Shown here: piece by piece, positions 52,072 through 62,478 of the stretch | How the letters are laid out: every line of letters starts with the position of its first letter | Position numbering within the stretch: the first letter of the stretch is position 1 | DNA from: Balanoglossus misakiensis | Taxonomy: Eukaryota; Animalia; Hemichordata | Length of the DNA stretch: 64,000 nucleotides | Assembly (NCBI GenBank): GCA_040954595.2 | Contig: CM082592.2 | Location: forward strand, 3,674,735 to 3,738,734 | Direction: 5' to 3' | Position numbers and translations under genes: made by a program | Notes under the pieces: generated by a model | The model's database searches: none | Seen by the model: the letters and a program-made list of their open reading frames with translations, nothing else | What the model was told of the DNA's origin: nothing

Positions 52072-55000
52072 TTAATACATTGGGGCTTTATAACCCCCAA
52101 ACTCGCCATTGTCTTCCAACCCGTCGTGTCCTTCAACAATTTTAGACTTTACAGTAGGTGCCAGCTTGAAAATATTAGTTTGGGGGGTTACCGCGTCAAC
52201 TTCGTTTGAGATTTCAACAAACCTTGAATCGCGCAGCTTGTTAACAATTAGGTCAATTTCATTGTCATCGACTGAACGAGGGAAATATCGACGAATGTCG
52301 AATAAATAAAACGGTTCCTGTTTGGATGTCGATGCAAAATCTAACACAGGTTTCTCTAAGGTCTCGCGTATTTTAATCTTGAAGTCGTTGACGGCCTTCT
52401 CGTCTTTTAATAAAACCGTGTCATAGTCTGTAGAACTCACAAGCACCTGCCTTGACTTGTTTTTAATGTCAAACGATTCTCTGGACATCAATGGCTGCTT
52501 ACATAGATTAAATTGTATGATGTTTAACTGACGTCGATTGTATACCGGTGTCTTACAAATAGGACAGGACACTTGTTCAACGTTCTCATCAAAGGCGTTC
52601 ACTCTCATATATTCTTGCAAGCACGTTTCGTGGAAAAGATGACATCCATTCCAACAGTCTATCACGTTATTTTGTTCAGAATATTTTATTAATTCTTTGT
52701 CTGACATTTCTTCTCCGTGATCCCGTCTCAATCTCAACTCGCGACAGTTTATCGCCTGCAATTGCCGGTATGGCCCCAGCTTATCCAAACATAGGGCGCA
52801 ATTCGTGGCCTCCCATTCTCCGCGTTCGTATTCCGGGGATGTGCAATCCGAAGAAGGTTCCGTGAACGACGTGTCGTAATAAGATTCGTCAAAGAGGACA
52901 ACGCACTTATAAGGGTCACCACATCTGTAATAACGCTTTCGGAATAGGTTTATCTGGGCACCGGTTCTGTTTTGATTTAACATATTGAATAAATTTACTA
53001 CACACGACGTCCACAGTGCAAAAAAATTTCCAGGTCTAACCAAACACCCGCTGACACATTGACTTTGTGTGCGATGTTGCAGAAAAGATACGCCTTCCTT
53101 ACTGAGATGGAACGTATCAGAGAAAAATTTAACCACTTCCGATTTGACAGAAAGTATGGCATCTTGGGTAGGAGTTTTGGAATGTACCATCAGATATTTT
53201 ATCAAATAGCAAAGTCCATAAAAACAATCGTTGGGGTTAATTTGAATTTCACGCGGATCCAGTAATACAAGTCGGCGGTCATTAGCTGGACGCAATTGTC
53301 CAGGACCGTGTTTTTCACGAAGGGTTGTTGAAGCACCATGAAATGGCACTCTGGAAAACACTCGTCCATAGCCCACACCTGTAGTAGTTCCGATTGGAAT
53401 TAATTGACAACTGCTCTCGGAGTTTGTAGGTGGCTTTGTCAAAACACTGTCGTTTTGTTGTAACGGGGCCGATTGAGAATTTCCATCTCGGTCGTGATCA
53501 CTTCTCCTACTGGCTGTGACAATCGGTGTACAACTACCCCGCAGTTCAACGGGACAAGTTAGGCGTGGCTTTGTCAAAACACTGTCGTTTTGTTGTAACG
53601 GGGCCGATTGAGAATTTCCATCTCGGTCGTGATCACTTCTCCTACTGGCTGTGACAATAGGTGTACAACTACCCCGCAGTTCAACTGGACAAGTTTGACG
53701 TGGCTTTGTCAAAACACTGTCGTTTTGTTGTAACGGGGCCGATTGAGAATTTCCATCTCGGTCGTGATCACTTCTCCTACTGGCTGTGACAATCGGTGTA
53801 CAACTACCCCGCAGTTCAACGGGACAAGTTAGGCGTGGCTTTGTCAAAACACTGTCGTTTTGTTGTAACGGGGCCGATTGAGAATTTCCATCTCGGTCGT
53901 GATCACTTCGCCTACTGGTTGTGACAATAGGTGTACAACTACCTCGCAGTTTAACTGGACAAGTTTGACGTGGCTTTGTGCACAGCATAGGATCTAACCC
54001 CTTTTCTGCACTCTGCACACCAGTACCAAACGAAGTTGCTTGTTTATCGTCATCCTCACTGTCATCTGAAGATGAAGACCATTTTGTCAATTCGGGATGT
54101 GTTAAGGTGGAGTTGTCGACACGCTCTATCCTTTTTTTAATAGCACACAGCTCACTTCCGCGCGCCGTGTCCTGACCGACATTCCTTTGTCTTCTGTTAC
54201 AAAGCCGATTGGCCAATACGCTAGCGCGGATGGTTGACTCGGTGCGATCTCCCTCGTGTACTTCCAATTGTAACACTTTATCAGAGTGAAGACTAAAATC
54301 TCGTCCCGCACACCTTTGGAGAGAGTTCTGAAAGTCAACATCCGCCAGGTGTATTGCCTTCCATTGCTGACTGGAAAATACAGATTCCTCGCACTTTCGT
54401 CTGAAATCAGCAACAGAATTGTTTTCGTCTGTTCTTTGTTTCAACACGGACAACCACATTTCATGCAACATGTTGTATTTAGTGTCGTCGATAACTCCCA
54501 GTTTACCCGCATGTAGATGCCTACTGAGCGTGGTTAACGTACGATCCATTGCTTTACAAAGGTCCCCATCACTTGTGTCTCGAATGCATTTTTGCAAGCG
54601 TGTAATTTCAGCCCCTAAATTGTTAAGTTTGGTTGAATTCTGTGTATGTATCTTGACGAATTCTTTACACCTTTCACCTAGGTTCGGCATTCTCATGCAT
54701 AAATCTCTATTTAACATTCTCGGGTTTCGATCAAGCCATTTATTTTCGTCAGAGAAATGGTAGAAATCGGCGGTAGAACACGCATCAATACTCTTAACTT
54801 CTTCAATCTGTTCCTCTGTATATCCGTGATCTCGCAATATATGCCTATTTAAGGACCGTTCATTATGAAAGCGGTCGTGGCAATTACGTATTCTACAAGT
54901 AAATCGAAACCCTAGTAAGACTTCCTGGGTTTTCGCGTATGGTCCTAATTCTTCCATAAGAACTCGTATTTTCCGGCGTCTGTCCGGTTGGTCTTCTGCA

Positions 55001-56019
55001 AGCAAGTCGAAGTGGCTGACTGATTCCGACAAACCAAACACTCTGACGTTGGTGAGTGACCAATCAAACGTGGACAGGTACTCTGTTAAACCACGAGTGT
55101 GAATAAATCCATATTTCTGTCGCAAATGTTCTAAAAGGACATGGAAATAGCACACTCCTCGTGGTTGATTGTCATTATCAGCCAAGAAATAAATGCAATC
55201 GGAAACAATAGTTTTGGGGACATTCGCCACTAATTTATCGCCATGCATTCGGACAAGTGTGACGTTGTTATTACAAGTATCGCAGTTGACAACGCTTCTA
55301 AGACGGCCTAGGAAAAATACGCATGTTTGAAATCCCAGGTTTCGTTCCTTTAGGTTAGTCATTGAGACATAGTCGCCACTGGTCAATGCCCTTTGCAAGA
55401 ATCGCCATTGGTCGCGCATAAACGCGGGTTCTCCAATCAAGATAGAATGGGGTCGGTTAAGCATGGCCCTTGACAAGATCATACTGTGATCTCTGTCGCT
55501 AAACGTGTAAAACTTATCAAGGCCACTGGTGTCTCTCATGTCATTAACCCATTCGGGGTACATTGTGTGTGTCTCTCTCTGTTCGTCGTTTGTCTTCATG
55601 CGCTTGTTAGCACTCTTGGTGTCTCCGTCACTCGCGTTCACGAGTGGACTGAGAGTCGTCGACAATGCTCGAACGAAATCAGCTTGACTCGCGTATATGC
55701 CATACAGACTGAAATTTTTTGGTCTCATTACCATCTCGTTGATTAGTTGATATAAATCAATCCGGAACCCGGGTGTCGGTTGACCAGTAGAAAATTCACG
55801 GGCCATGTTAGCAATTTGATTAATAGTCAAACAATCATGTTGGCTGACAACTTTGTATATCTTTTCAAGAAACGTGTGCAATGACTTTTCTTGCACAGTG
55901 GTCGAGTCAGTGTTCAGTTTATCGATGGTAGATGAAGGTTTCCGCCCAGAGCCTGAGTCGACGCCAAACACCAATAAAACATCTTTACTGAGTTCTGGAT
56001 AGAGCGGGGACAGATTCAT
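52072..56019 (-). CDS. Large protein with C2H2 zinc finger, tandem repeats and RING-H2-like domain
   Basis: FTCRIRNCHDRFHNERSLNRHILRDH. CALC..(insert)..CHLFHETCLQEY..CPICK. Confidence 0.75.
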   Translation of the reverse strand: MNLSPLYPELSKDVLLVFGVDSGSGRKPSSTIDKLNTDSTTVQEKSLHTFLEKIYKVVSQHDCLTINQIANMAREFSTGQPTPGFRIDLYQLINEMVMRPKNFSLYGIYASQADFVRALSTTLSPLVNASDGDTKSANKRMKTNDEQRETHTMYPEWVNDMRDTSGLDKFYTFSDRDHSMILSRAMLNRPHSILIGEPAFMRDQWRFLQRALTSGDYVSMTNLKERNLGFQTCVFFLGRLRSVVNCDTCNNNVTLVRMHGDKLVANVPKTIVSDCIYFLADNDNQPRGVCYFHVLLEHLRQKYGFIHTRGLTEYLSTFDWSLTNVRVFGLSESVSHFDLLAEDQPDRRRKIRVLMEELGPYAKTQEVLLGFRFTCRIRNCHDRFHNERSLNRHILRDHGYTEEQIEEVKSIDACSTADFYHFSDENKWLDRNPRMLNRDLCMRMPNLGERCKEFVKIHTQNSTKLNNLGAEITRLQKCIRDTSDGDLCKAMDRTLTTLSRHLHAGKLGVIDDTKYNMLHEMWLSVLKQRTDENNSVADFRRKCEESVFSSQQWKAIHLADVDFQNSLQRCAGRDFSLHSDKVLQLEVHEGDRTESTIRASVLANRLCNRRQRNVGQDTARGSELCAIKKRIERVDNSTLTHPELTKWSSSSDDSEDDDKQATSFGTGVQSAEKGLDPMLCTKPRQTCPVKLRGSCTPIVTTSRRSDHDRDGNSQSAPLQQNDSVLTKPRLTCPVELRGSCTPIVTASRRSDHDRDGNSQSAPLQQNDSVLTKPRQTCPVELRGSCTPIVTASRRSDHDRDGNSQSAPLQQNDSVLTKPRLTCPVELRGSCTPIVTASRRSDHDRDGNSQSAPLQQNDSVLTKPPTNSESSCQLIPIGTTTGVGYGRVFSRVPFHGASTTLREKHGPGQLRPANDRRLVLLDPREIQINPNDCFYGLCYLIKYLMVHSKTPTQDAILSVKSEVVKFFSDTFHLSKEGVSFLQHRTQSQCVSGCLVRPGNFFALWTSCVVNLFNMLNQNRTGAQINLFRKRYYRCGDPYKCVVLFDESYYDTSFTEPSSDCTSPEYERGEWEATNCALCLDKLGPYRQLQAINCRELRLRRDHGEEMSDKELIKYSEQNNVIDCWNGCHLFHETCLQEYMRVNAFDENVEQVSCPICKTPVYNRRQLNIIQFNLCKQPLMSRESFDIKNKSRQVLVSSTDYDTVLLKDEKAVNDFKIKIRETLEKPVLDFASTSKQEPFYLFDIRRYFPRSVDDNEIDLIVNKLRDSRFVEISNEVDAVTPQTNIFKLAPTVKSKIVEGHDGLEDNGEFGGYKAPMY
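53430..53979 (-). repeat. 135-bp (45-aa) coding tandem repeat x4
   Basis: KPRxTCPVELRGSCTPIVTASRRSDHDRDGNSQSAPLQQNDSVLT, with anchors at 53431, 53566, 53701 and 53836. Confidence 0.95.
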
Positions 56020-56326
56020 TTCATTACTTTTCTCGGTTATTCGCCGAAACTGTTTTGGAACGTACGCTAATATCCACTTACAAAAGAGGGCACGGTAGTG
56101 TGTAGAGGTAATGTGCTGTAATTGAATCTTTGTAAGAACACCTGTCGAGAAAAGTGCCTCATTAAACAGGACTCATCTTCCTTGTTTAATATATATCTTT
56201 ATGTTTTCATTATCGTCTGCATATACAAAATACATTTCAATACCCCACGATTGATAAGAGAGACTGTATCCTATTTATTCACGTGTATGTTTTTGAGGAA
56301 GAAACGACCATGTCGTATTCAGTGAA

Positions 56327-57118
56327 TTAGTTTCTTGTACGTGACACCCCTTGAATGCTGTCAGTATCTGCATGGTCTATTAGTAAGTCCGACTCGTAAT
56401 CGTCTGTAGGATAAGGGTCGTTGTTTCTAAAATTGATCTCTCTAGTCAGCCTCTTGTGGTGATACAAATGTGTCGCTAAATGTACGAACGAAAACACGGC
56501 AATTATAATGAGACCACCCTTTACAACGTCTTCACCGAACACTTTACAGAACCCAGTGTCTCTGTAATTGGGCGTCAGAAAACACATGGGTATGCTTTGG
56601 GCCGTTACCACAAGAATGCCGATGACAAAAAGTGGAAACACATGTATAGCTATTCTCTCTCGCATATGGGGTTCCATGAGAGACTCCAGTATCTTCTCTT
56701 CCCCTTTGAAAGTCTTGTAAAGGAGATACACTACGTTCAGCATCACGATAGCGCAGTCTATATACGCGGGATACACGCAAAATCTCAATATACCGTATAA
56801 ATCTGGGATCTTACACGGGTCTCCACCCGCTCTTTCACCTTGTACGACTAACATAATGGCTGCGATTGTGAAAAAAACAGCGTACACAAACTTTTGAAGA
56901 TGAAGTAACAGATGGTCGTGAAATGCCCTCAGTCCCTTCTGTCTATAAACGTCTGTGACGCCATCATCCAGTCTCTTGAATTCTTGAACAGTTTTTAGGA
57001 AAACCTTTCTAGACGAATGCGTTAAAGTATCCCACCTGTCGCCCATCTGATTCTTAAACGGCCGTTTAGTCACATGTTGTTTACCGACAATCCGGGTATA
57101 TTTTTTGCCGGGTGTCAT
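56327..57118 (-). CDS. Four-TM membrane protein
   Basis: Four hydrophobic segments with Cys pairs in the loops and a YxxL-type tail motif (YESDLL). Confidence 0.65.
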   Translation of the reverse strand: MTPGKKYTRIVGKQHVTKRPFKNQMGDRWDTLTHSSRKVFLKTVQEFKRLDDGVTDVYRQKGLRAFHDHLLLHLQKFVYAVFFTIAAIMLVVQGERAGGDPCKIPDLYGILRFCVYPAYIDCAIVMLNVVYLLYKTFKGEEKILESLMEPHMRERIAIHVFPLFVIGILVVTAQSIPMCFLTPNYRDTGFCKVFGEDVVKGGLIIIAVFSFVHLATHLYHHKRLTREINFRNNDPYPTDDYESDLLIDHADTDSIQGVSRTRN

Positions 57119-57184
57119 TCTGATTTACTTAGTTACTTGTCTAATAACGTCGACGTTAATAGAACTAACCAGTGAATAAGTGTG

Positions 57185-58003
57185 ATGTCTCGCGCACACC
57201 CTTACACTACTTTAAAAAAAAATCGCCTCAAGACTTATTTGACAGTAACGCTGGTAGAAAAATGTAAGATAAATATTAAAAGGGCAAGAAAGGGTTACGT
57301 GGCTATCGACAAACGGTCTTCTAAAGAATGTCAGCTCACCGGTGTCTACAAGCAGATCAGAAAATATCATTTACCAGCAGAGTGTTACACAAATATTAAG
57401 CTACGACGACAACGGCGATCGCGCACATACAGCACCAAATGCCCAAGGGAAGCCATGTACTTAGGAAAAAACATTGACAAATCAGTCAAACTTATGTTAA
57501 AAGAGAAACCTATCGCACACACTCCGGTGACACAAAGCATATTCAATTCATTGCGATATTTGGGATACACTCCGCTGACAGCACAACTTCCTGTCACAAA
57601 CTTCCAACCGGATCAACAAGATTGTAAGTGGGGTGCAACTGTTGGTGTATTAGACCTCGTAGCATACAACCAAGAAAAGAAAATATATACAGCGATTGAA
57701 CTCAAAACAACCTCTAAACACTACAGTGATATTAAAAAAGAACACGATTGGGCGAACCTTAATCCTTCGACCGGCTACAGGCGGTCTTTTTATTCTCAAG
57801 CGGTACTACAATCCCAGTTAGGAGCTCTCATGCTAATTAATACATTCAACTTAACAAGCGCTGATAGCTTAGTCATTGTTTATTCTTTCGCAGATAAATC
57901 CACCGTTATCGAATGTGTAGGACAATTTAATAACACCACGTCGGCATCTGAATTGTTTCCATGGGTTGTAGGTTACAGGAAACAATGTGTACACAGAAGG
58001 TGA
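57185..58003 (+). CDS. PD-(D/E)XK nuclease (RecB/Cas4-like motif set)
   Basis: VGVLDLVAY..YTAIELKTT..QAVLQSQLGALML, with a basic N-terminus. Confidence 0.75.
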   Translation: MSRAHPYTTLKKNRLKTYLTVTLVEKCKINIKRARKGYVAIDKRSSKECQLTGVYKQIRKYHLPAECYTNIKLRRQRRSRTYSTKCPREAMYLGKNIDKSVKLMLKEKPIAHTPVTQSIFNSLRYLGYTPLTAQLPVTNFQPDQQDCKWGATVGVLDLVAYNQEKKIYTAIELKTTSKHYSDIKKEHDWANLNPSTGYRRSFYSQAVLQSQLGALMLINTFNLTSADSLVIVYSFADKSTVIECVGQFNNTTSASELFPWVVGYRKQCVHRR

Positions 58004-58042
58004 GATGTGTCACCTCGCGTCGACTGATAAACATCACGTCAC

Positions 58043-58082
58043 ATATATATATATATATATATATATAGATATATATATATAT
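58043..58082. repeat. (TA)n microsatellite
   Basis: ~40 bp of alternating TA. Confidence 0.95.
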
Positions 58083-58111
58083 TAATATTAAGCAGTGTAT
58101 TTACGCCAACT

Positions 58112-58341
58112 TATTAGTTGCTAAACACTACGTCATGTATATGGGATAATAAATATTAATCATTCCCGGTACGGCGACGTATTAGTCGCTAAACATTACG
58201 TCATGTATATGGTATAATGAATATTAATCATTCCCGGTACGGCGACGTATTAGTCGCTAAACATTACGTCATGTATATGGGGTAATGAATATTAATCAGT
58301 CCCGGTGCGCCGACGTATAAGTCGATAAACATGACGTCATA
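58112..58341. promoter_or_regulatory. 68-bp tandem repeat (3.4 copies) with CRE/ATF-type sites: candidate enhancer
   Basis: Units start at 58112, 58180, 58248 and 58316. ACGTCA cores at 58036, 58130, 58198, 58266 and 58334; the last is a perfect TGACGTCA. Confidence 0.6.
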
Positions 58342-58391
58342 CTTTGTTCTTTTATATTGGACTCGCACGTCGAGTGCCGTCAATCAGCACC

Positions 58392-59243
58392 ATGACTAGC
58401 ACACGTGCACAAACGAGGGAAAAACGGAAAGCCAGCATCCGTAATTGCATGTCAGTGTTTAAGCGCTGTGAATTATACAGTTCTGCCAGTGGGATGATCG
58501 TCAAAACATTGTTTAATCGGAACAGCGCACCAGGCTTGGACACAAAGAACTGGGTGTTATCTATTCCCGAAGCTCCGGTTAGCCCTGATATGGAATTTGC
58601 CAGAGATGCCATTCCCCAGTCCTATTATCTCAATGACGCTGGACTAGGCTGCATTCTCCATCACTGGTTGAGACGGTTCCCTGTCTGCTTCAGGCATGGC
58701 ATGGGGAGGCCACGCACCATAGACCTGTTTCTCAACACTATCCAAAACCGGTTGAGACTGCCGTTCATATGGTGTGTAAAAGCTGATTTCGTACGTGATC
58801 AACAACTTTCTGAGACCACGAGTAAACACACCGTGAGATCCGTTCATATCAATAATGCCAGGCTTTACATCAACGCGGTCGTGCAAAACTCATTGGATGA
58901 GAAAGTACCCTTGCGCTCTCTCCTGGCCTTACCGGAAATGAAACTGATCGATCGGAATAGGGACCCGGACGAAAACGCCGCCATTCTGGACGCATTTCAG
59001 AATGTGTTCCGAGAGGTCTATGCCAGAAGCAAGAAGGAACATCCGTACCCTATGGTTGCAGAGGTCTCCGACAAGAAATACAAAGTCACGGTGAGTGAGT
59101 ACTTTGTACCATTAACACGGAATGAAGATCCTAACAACTGTACGGCGATTTCAGAAGAGTACAGAGAACTTCGTTCGTACGATGACTCCAAGGATGTACA
59201 GTGCTTGGTGTTTGACACGGGACATGGCACTAATGGACAGTAA
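58392..59243 (+). CDS. Hypothetical protein downstream of CRE array
   Basis: ATG in strong context (CACCATG) at 58392. Basic N-terminus REKRK. Confidence 0.65.
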   Translation: MTSTRAQTREKRKASIRNCMSVFKRCELYSSASGMIVKTLFNRNSAPGLDTKNWVLSIPEAPVSPDMEFARDAIPQSYYLNDAGLGCILHHWLRRFPVCFRHGMGRPRTIDLFLNTIQNRLRLPFIWCVKADFVRDQQLSETTSKHTVRSVHINNARLYINAVVQNSLDEKVPLRSLLALPEMKLIDRNRDPDENAAILDAFQNVFREVYARSKKEHPYPMVAEVSDKKYKVTVSEYFVPLTRNEDPNNCTAISEEYRELRSYDDSKDVQCLVFDTGHGTNGQ

Positions 59244-59674
59244 CATGGCGTACTTACAAGATGTGATTATCCCACATCTGTGTTGGGACAGTTGGAACTT
59301 TTGATTAGAACTTAATTCACAACTTGTAAAGCACATAGGCAATAATTCACTTTAGTTTATTTTATTCCATTTTATCGTTCAATACTGAGCACGTTTGCAT
59401 GCGCCAGTTTTTGTTGACGTTACTTATCCGAGCTATTTACATAATTGTTTTGTTTGGTTTGTTTATATTATTGTCCGTGCGACGTACACTGTTTACCATA
59501 TTATGTTGGTTACTTTTTATTATTTAAAAAGGGGCAATAGCAAAAGTGGTGTATATTTGACTGATTTGTTAAATGTAGGTTTATTAGATGCATTTTATTA
59601 GATAAATGACATTCCAAATATAATCGCCTTGTTCTGTTTGTCACTTTTTTTAAAAATAGACATGGGAATGCCTG

Positions 59675-60760
59675 TCATGCATTTTTGTGTTGAACTAGGT
59701 GGGTAAAGTCGATCCGATGAGGCTCTCCACCACCCAAATGCGTCCAAGTGAGGAAGTTAATGATTTTGGGAACATTGAGGGACCGATATTTTATGCGTAC
59801 ACCTGTCTCTTTTATCAACAGTTCAAATAACAGAGTATGATCGTCATCGATGTCCACAAAAAGGAAGGAAAACATTTCTAAATAATCCATCATTGTCACG
59901 ATATTCTGTCCTAACGGGTTCAAGCAAAACTGGGTCGCTTTCAACGCCCTACACAGCATGCAATGGTGTTGTCCAAATTGTTGATAACTTGTATTACATT
60001 TTTGCAATTCACCCGACACCAGTTTTTTTATAGCGTCTGCATTTAGACATTCGCTCAGGATCAACTGATCGTCACAATCACAACGTTTGCTGATGTAGGT
60101 ACTGATACAGTTAGTACCGCTTGAGCACGGACGGGTCGCAAAGTTGTGAAATTCGCGAGGGGTGAAACAACATTCATTCATCATCGAAAGCGACCAGACG
60201 TCCGGCTGGAGCATTTCGTTGGGAATGCTTTTCATTCTGTCCACAATTGTCGCACATTTCAAGATATCCGACGTGACTTTCCTCTGGATGTACCGTCTAA
60301 GCGACACGTCACTATCCTCGCGATGACCGCGAGACTTGACGAATTGATCAAACATGTCTGAGTCACAGCATGTCACGTCCCACGCCGCCTCGCCCTTTCC
60401 TACAACGCGTTTCCTAAACCGCGTAGCAGAACTTTTACTGGACGCGTGACAAGTATCGGCAATGACTCGTGGACTGTGATCCCAATGTCTCAGTATCCTC
60501 TTTCTACTGATGGCATTTTGAAATGTATTGTCTTCGTCTGACGACAAGCAAAATGCATCGTCCTCTTGGGAGGCTTTTACTGACTGTACGGAGTCTTGAT
60601 CAGTGGGTGCTGTTCTTTGTGGCATTTCAGTAAATAACTCTGGTATGGTCTTTTGTTTTTTGGCCGACATCTCTCTATCCCTATCAAATGGTAGTGTGGC
60701 TTTAGGCGCGTCGCTTATGCCGTTAAATACACAGGCTGAACTGGTGTTCACGGTAACCAC
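59675..60760 (-). CDS. Cys-rich hypothetical protein
   Basis: RPCSSGTNC..LSECL..CMLCR, a putative Zn-binding pattern. Start uncertain. Confidence 0.6.
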   Translation of the reverse strand: MVTVNTSSACVFNGISDAPKATLPFDRDREMSAKKQKTIPELFTEMPQRTAPTDQDSVQSVKASQEDDAFCLSSDEDNTFQNAISRKRILRHWDHSPRVIADTCHASSKSSATRFRKRVVGKGEAAWDVTCCDSDMFDQFVKSRGHREDSDVSLRRYIQRKVTSDILKCATIVDRMKSIPNEMLQPDVWSLSMMNECCFTPREFHNFATRPCSSGTNCISTYISKRCDCDDQLILSECLNADAIKKLVSGELQKCNTSYQQFGQHHCMLCRALKATQFCLNPLGQNIVTMMDYLEMFSFLFVDIDDDHTLLFELLIKETGVRIKYRSLNVPKIINFLTWTHLGGGEPHRIDFTHLVQHKNA

Positions 60761-60996
60761 GACTGTATTTTAACCTTGACTGTGTGTCCGATACTTTTAA
60801 ATAATGTCAAATCTGAAAGAATCACTAAAGAGATTAGGATGACCAACAGAAATACAGTGCAAACGCTAGCACACAGGTTACACATGCCTCTGTCCACATT
60901 TCTGTCATTATGTCTACGTTAATGTCGCGTGTATGTTATTTTTACATCGATAGAGCTCTGATTATCAGAGATTAATTTGTCTTTATTATTATTGCT

Positions 60997-62475
60997 ATGA
61001 GTGATCCAAAGTGTACCATCAGGAGCGCAGAAGATTACAGACAGTGGGTCGAAACACGTAAAAGCGAAACGATGAAGGCGGCTTGTAAAGAGTTTGAGAA
61101 AGGCGGTCACACTCAACTTTTTCTTCTGGATCAGGAACACATGGAAGTACTGCGAGACAGTTTTCACAACAATCCGATCTGTCACTGCGTTCTCACTCGA
61201 ATTTCGGACAGTATTTCGGTGTCTGCTATGTTTGAATCAGGTTTAGAATCGTGTGGCCATCCAGGACACCAGAAAGATGACCCGCTTGTTTCGTGTAGAG
61301 TGGGTATACTGAACGACTTTGAAAAATCGTTGAAAGGGAAATTGCAGTCATTTATTCGTTCTGTAATCCGATCTGTGTGGATATATGGTTTTGTCGTCAT
61401 AAGGGATTACACAGACGGTACATTTCCCGATGTGCTTGACGACGACAGCTATGTTATTTTTCGAGGCGAGAGCGGAGAACTGTACGCGCGCGAAGTCACT
61501 GGTAAGGATGGGATACGAGTCGTATGCAGGGACCAGCCCGACATGAACGGTCGCGTCAGAGGTGCCATGTCTTATTTATATGATAGAAATTTGAAACTAT
61601 TAAACTTGCACAGGTGCAGAGATATGAGCATTCGAAATGCGTGTCGCCATTTTTTCGTGACAGGTTACAGAGATGATGAAGATGAAAAGGACTCCAAACG
61701 CAAACGCTTGGATGCGGATGAACTCGAAAACAAATTAACTCAAAGCGCTATTCAAGCAGTTCTTCGTGCCAGGCTTGGTGTAAGTTCTTCTACCGCCCCA
61801 AATTCGAGTATATTAAACGAAGAACGTGATAACATGTGTAATATACACGAAAAGTCTAAACTCATAGAGGAATTAGAACAAACTAAAACGCGAAATGCCA
61901 CCTTGATGCGATGTCTGGGTGAGATAAAACTGGGACAGTTATTCAACGGGCACGCCCGTTCTTCACAGGCGACTCTCGATAGTGAAGACGCATCCGACCA
62001 CGTTGTCCAAAATCTTGGTGAAGACAAAAAACTCGAGGCCTATTCATTAAACGTTCGTCCACTCGATACAAGTGTGTATGAAGACAACTTCAACCAGCAG
62101 GTTCGCAACACTCTGTTGGGTAGTATCACGCTTAAAAATAACGGTGATCCTGGACGAAGACATTGGGGAAAGCACGGTGCGCACGACGGTGTGTCCGGGA
62201 AGGAAAATGTGCAGTTGCTGGTTGACGCGTGCTCTCTGGCTTGGCAAGATTTTATAATAAATGCAGCTCTTGCCCCGTGGATTGAAAAAACGGGCGTTCG
62301 TTTGATACCTAAAAGAAGTAAACGCATCGAAGACTTACATTCAATTATCCCTTTCATGAAATATATAAAGAAGGACAGATTCACGAAAATACTCGCAGAA
62401 ACGCTCGACGTACCAATGGACGATTTTGATACGGGTGTAGAACAAAATTTGGATATATTTAAAGAGTTTGATTAA
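60997..62475 (+). CDS. Possible portal protein
   Basis: 492 aa. FIRSVIRSVWIYGFVVIR..PDVL..YVI resembles the wing helix-strand pattern of HK97-type portals. Helical middle region. Weak evidence. Confidence 0.4.
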   Translation: MSDPKCTIRSAEDYRQWVETRKSETMKAACKEFEKGGHTQLFLLDQEHMEVLRDSFHNNPICHCVLTRISDSISVSAMFESGLESCGHPGHQKDDPLVSCRVGILNDFEKSLKGKLQSFIRSVIRSVWIYGFVVIRDYTDGTFPDVLDDDSYVIFRGESGELYAREVTGKDGIRVVCRDQPDMNGRVRGAMSYLYDRNLKLLNLHRCRDMSIRNACRHFFVTGYRDDEDEKDSKRKRLDADELENKLTQSAIQAVLRARLGVSSSTAPNSSILNEERDNMCNIHEKSKLIEELEQTKTRNATLMRCLGEIKLGQLFNGHARSSQATLDSEDASDHVVQNLGEDKKLEAYSLNVRPLDTSVYEDNFNQQVRNTLLGSITLKNNGDPGRRHWGKHGAHDGVSGKENVQLLVDACSLAWQDFIINAALAPWIEKTGVRLIPKRSKRIEDLHSIIPFMKYIKKDRFTKILAETLDVPMDDFDTGVEQNLDIFKEFD

Positions 62476-62478
62476 CAT

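Noticed and set aside
57185-58003. Calling this a Cas4 or the herpes alkaline exonuclease UL12
   Set aside because: Only generic PD-(D/E)XK motifs are visible. No Fe-S Cys cluster or UL12-specific motifs can be verified.
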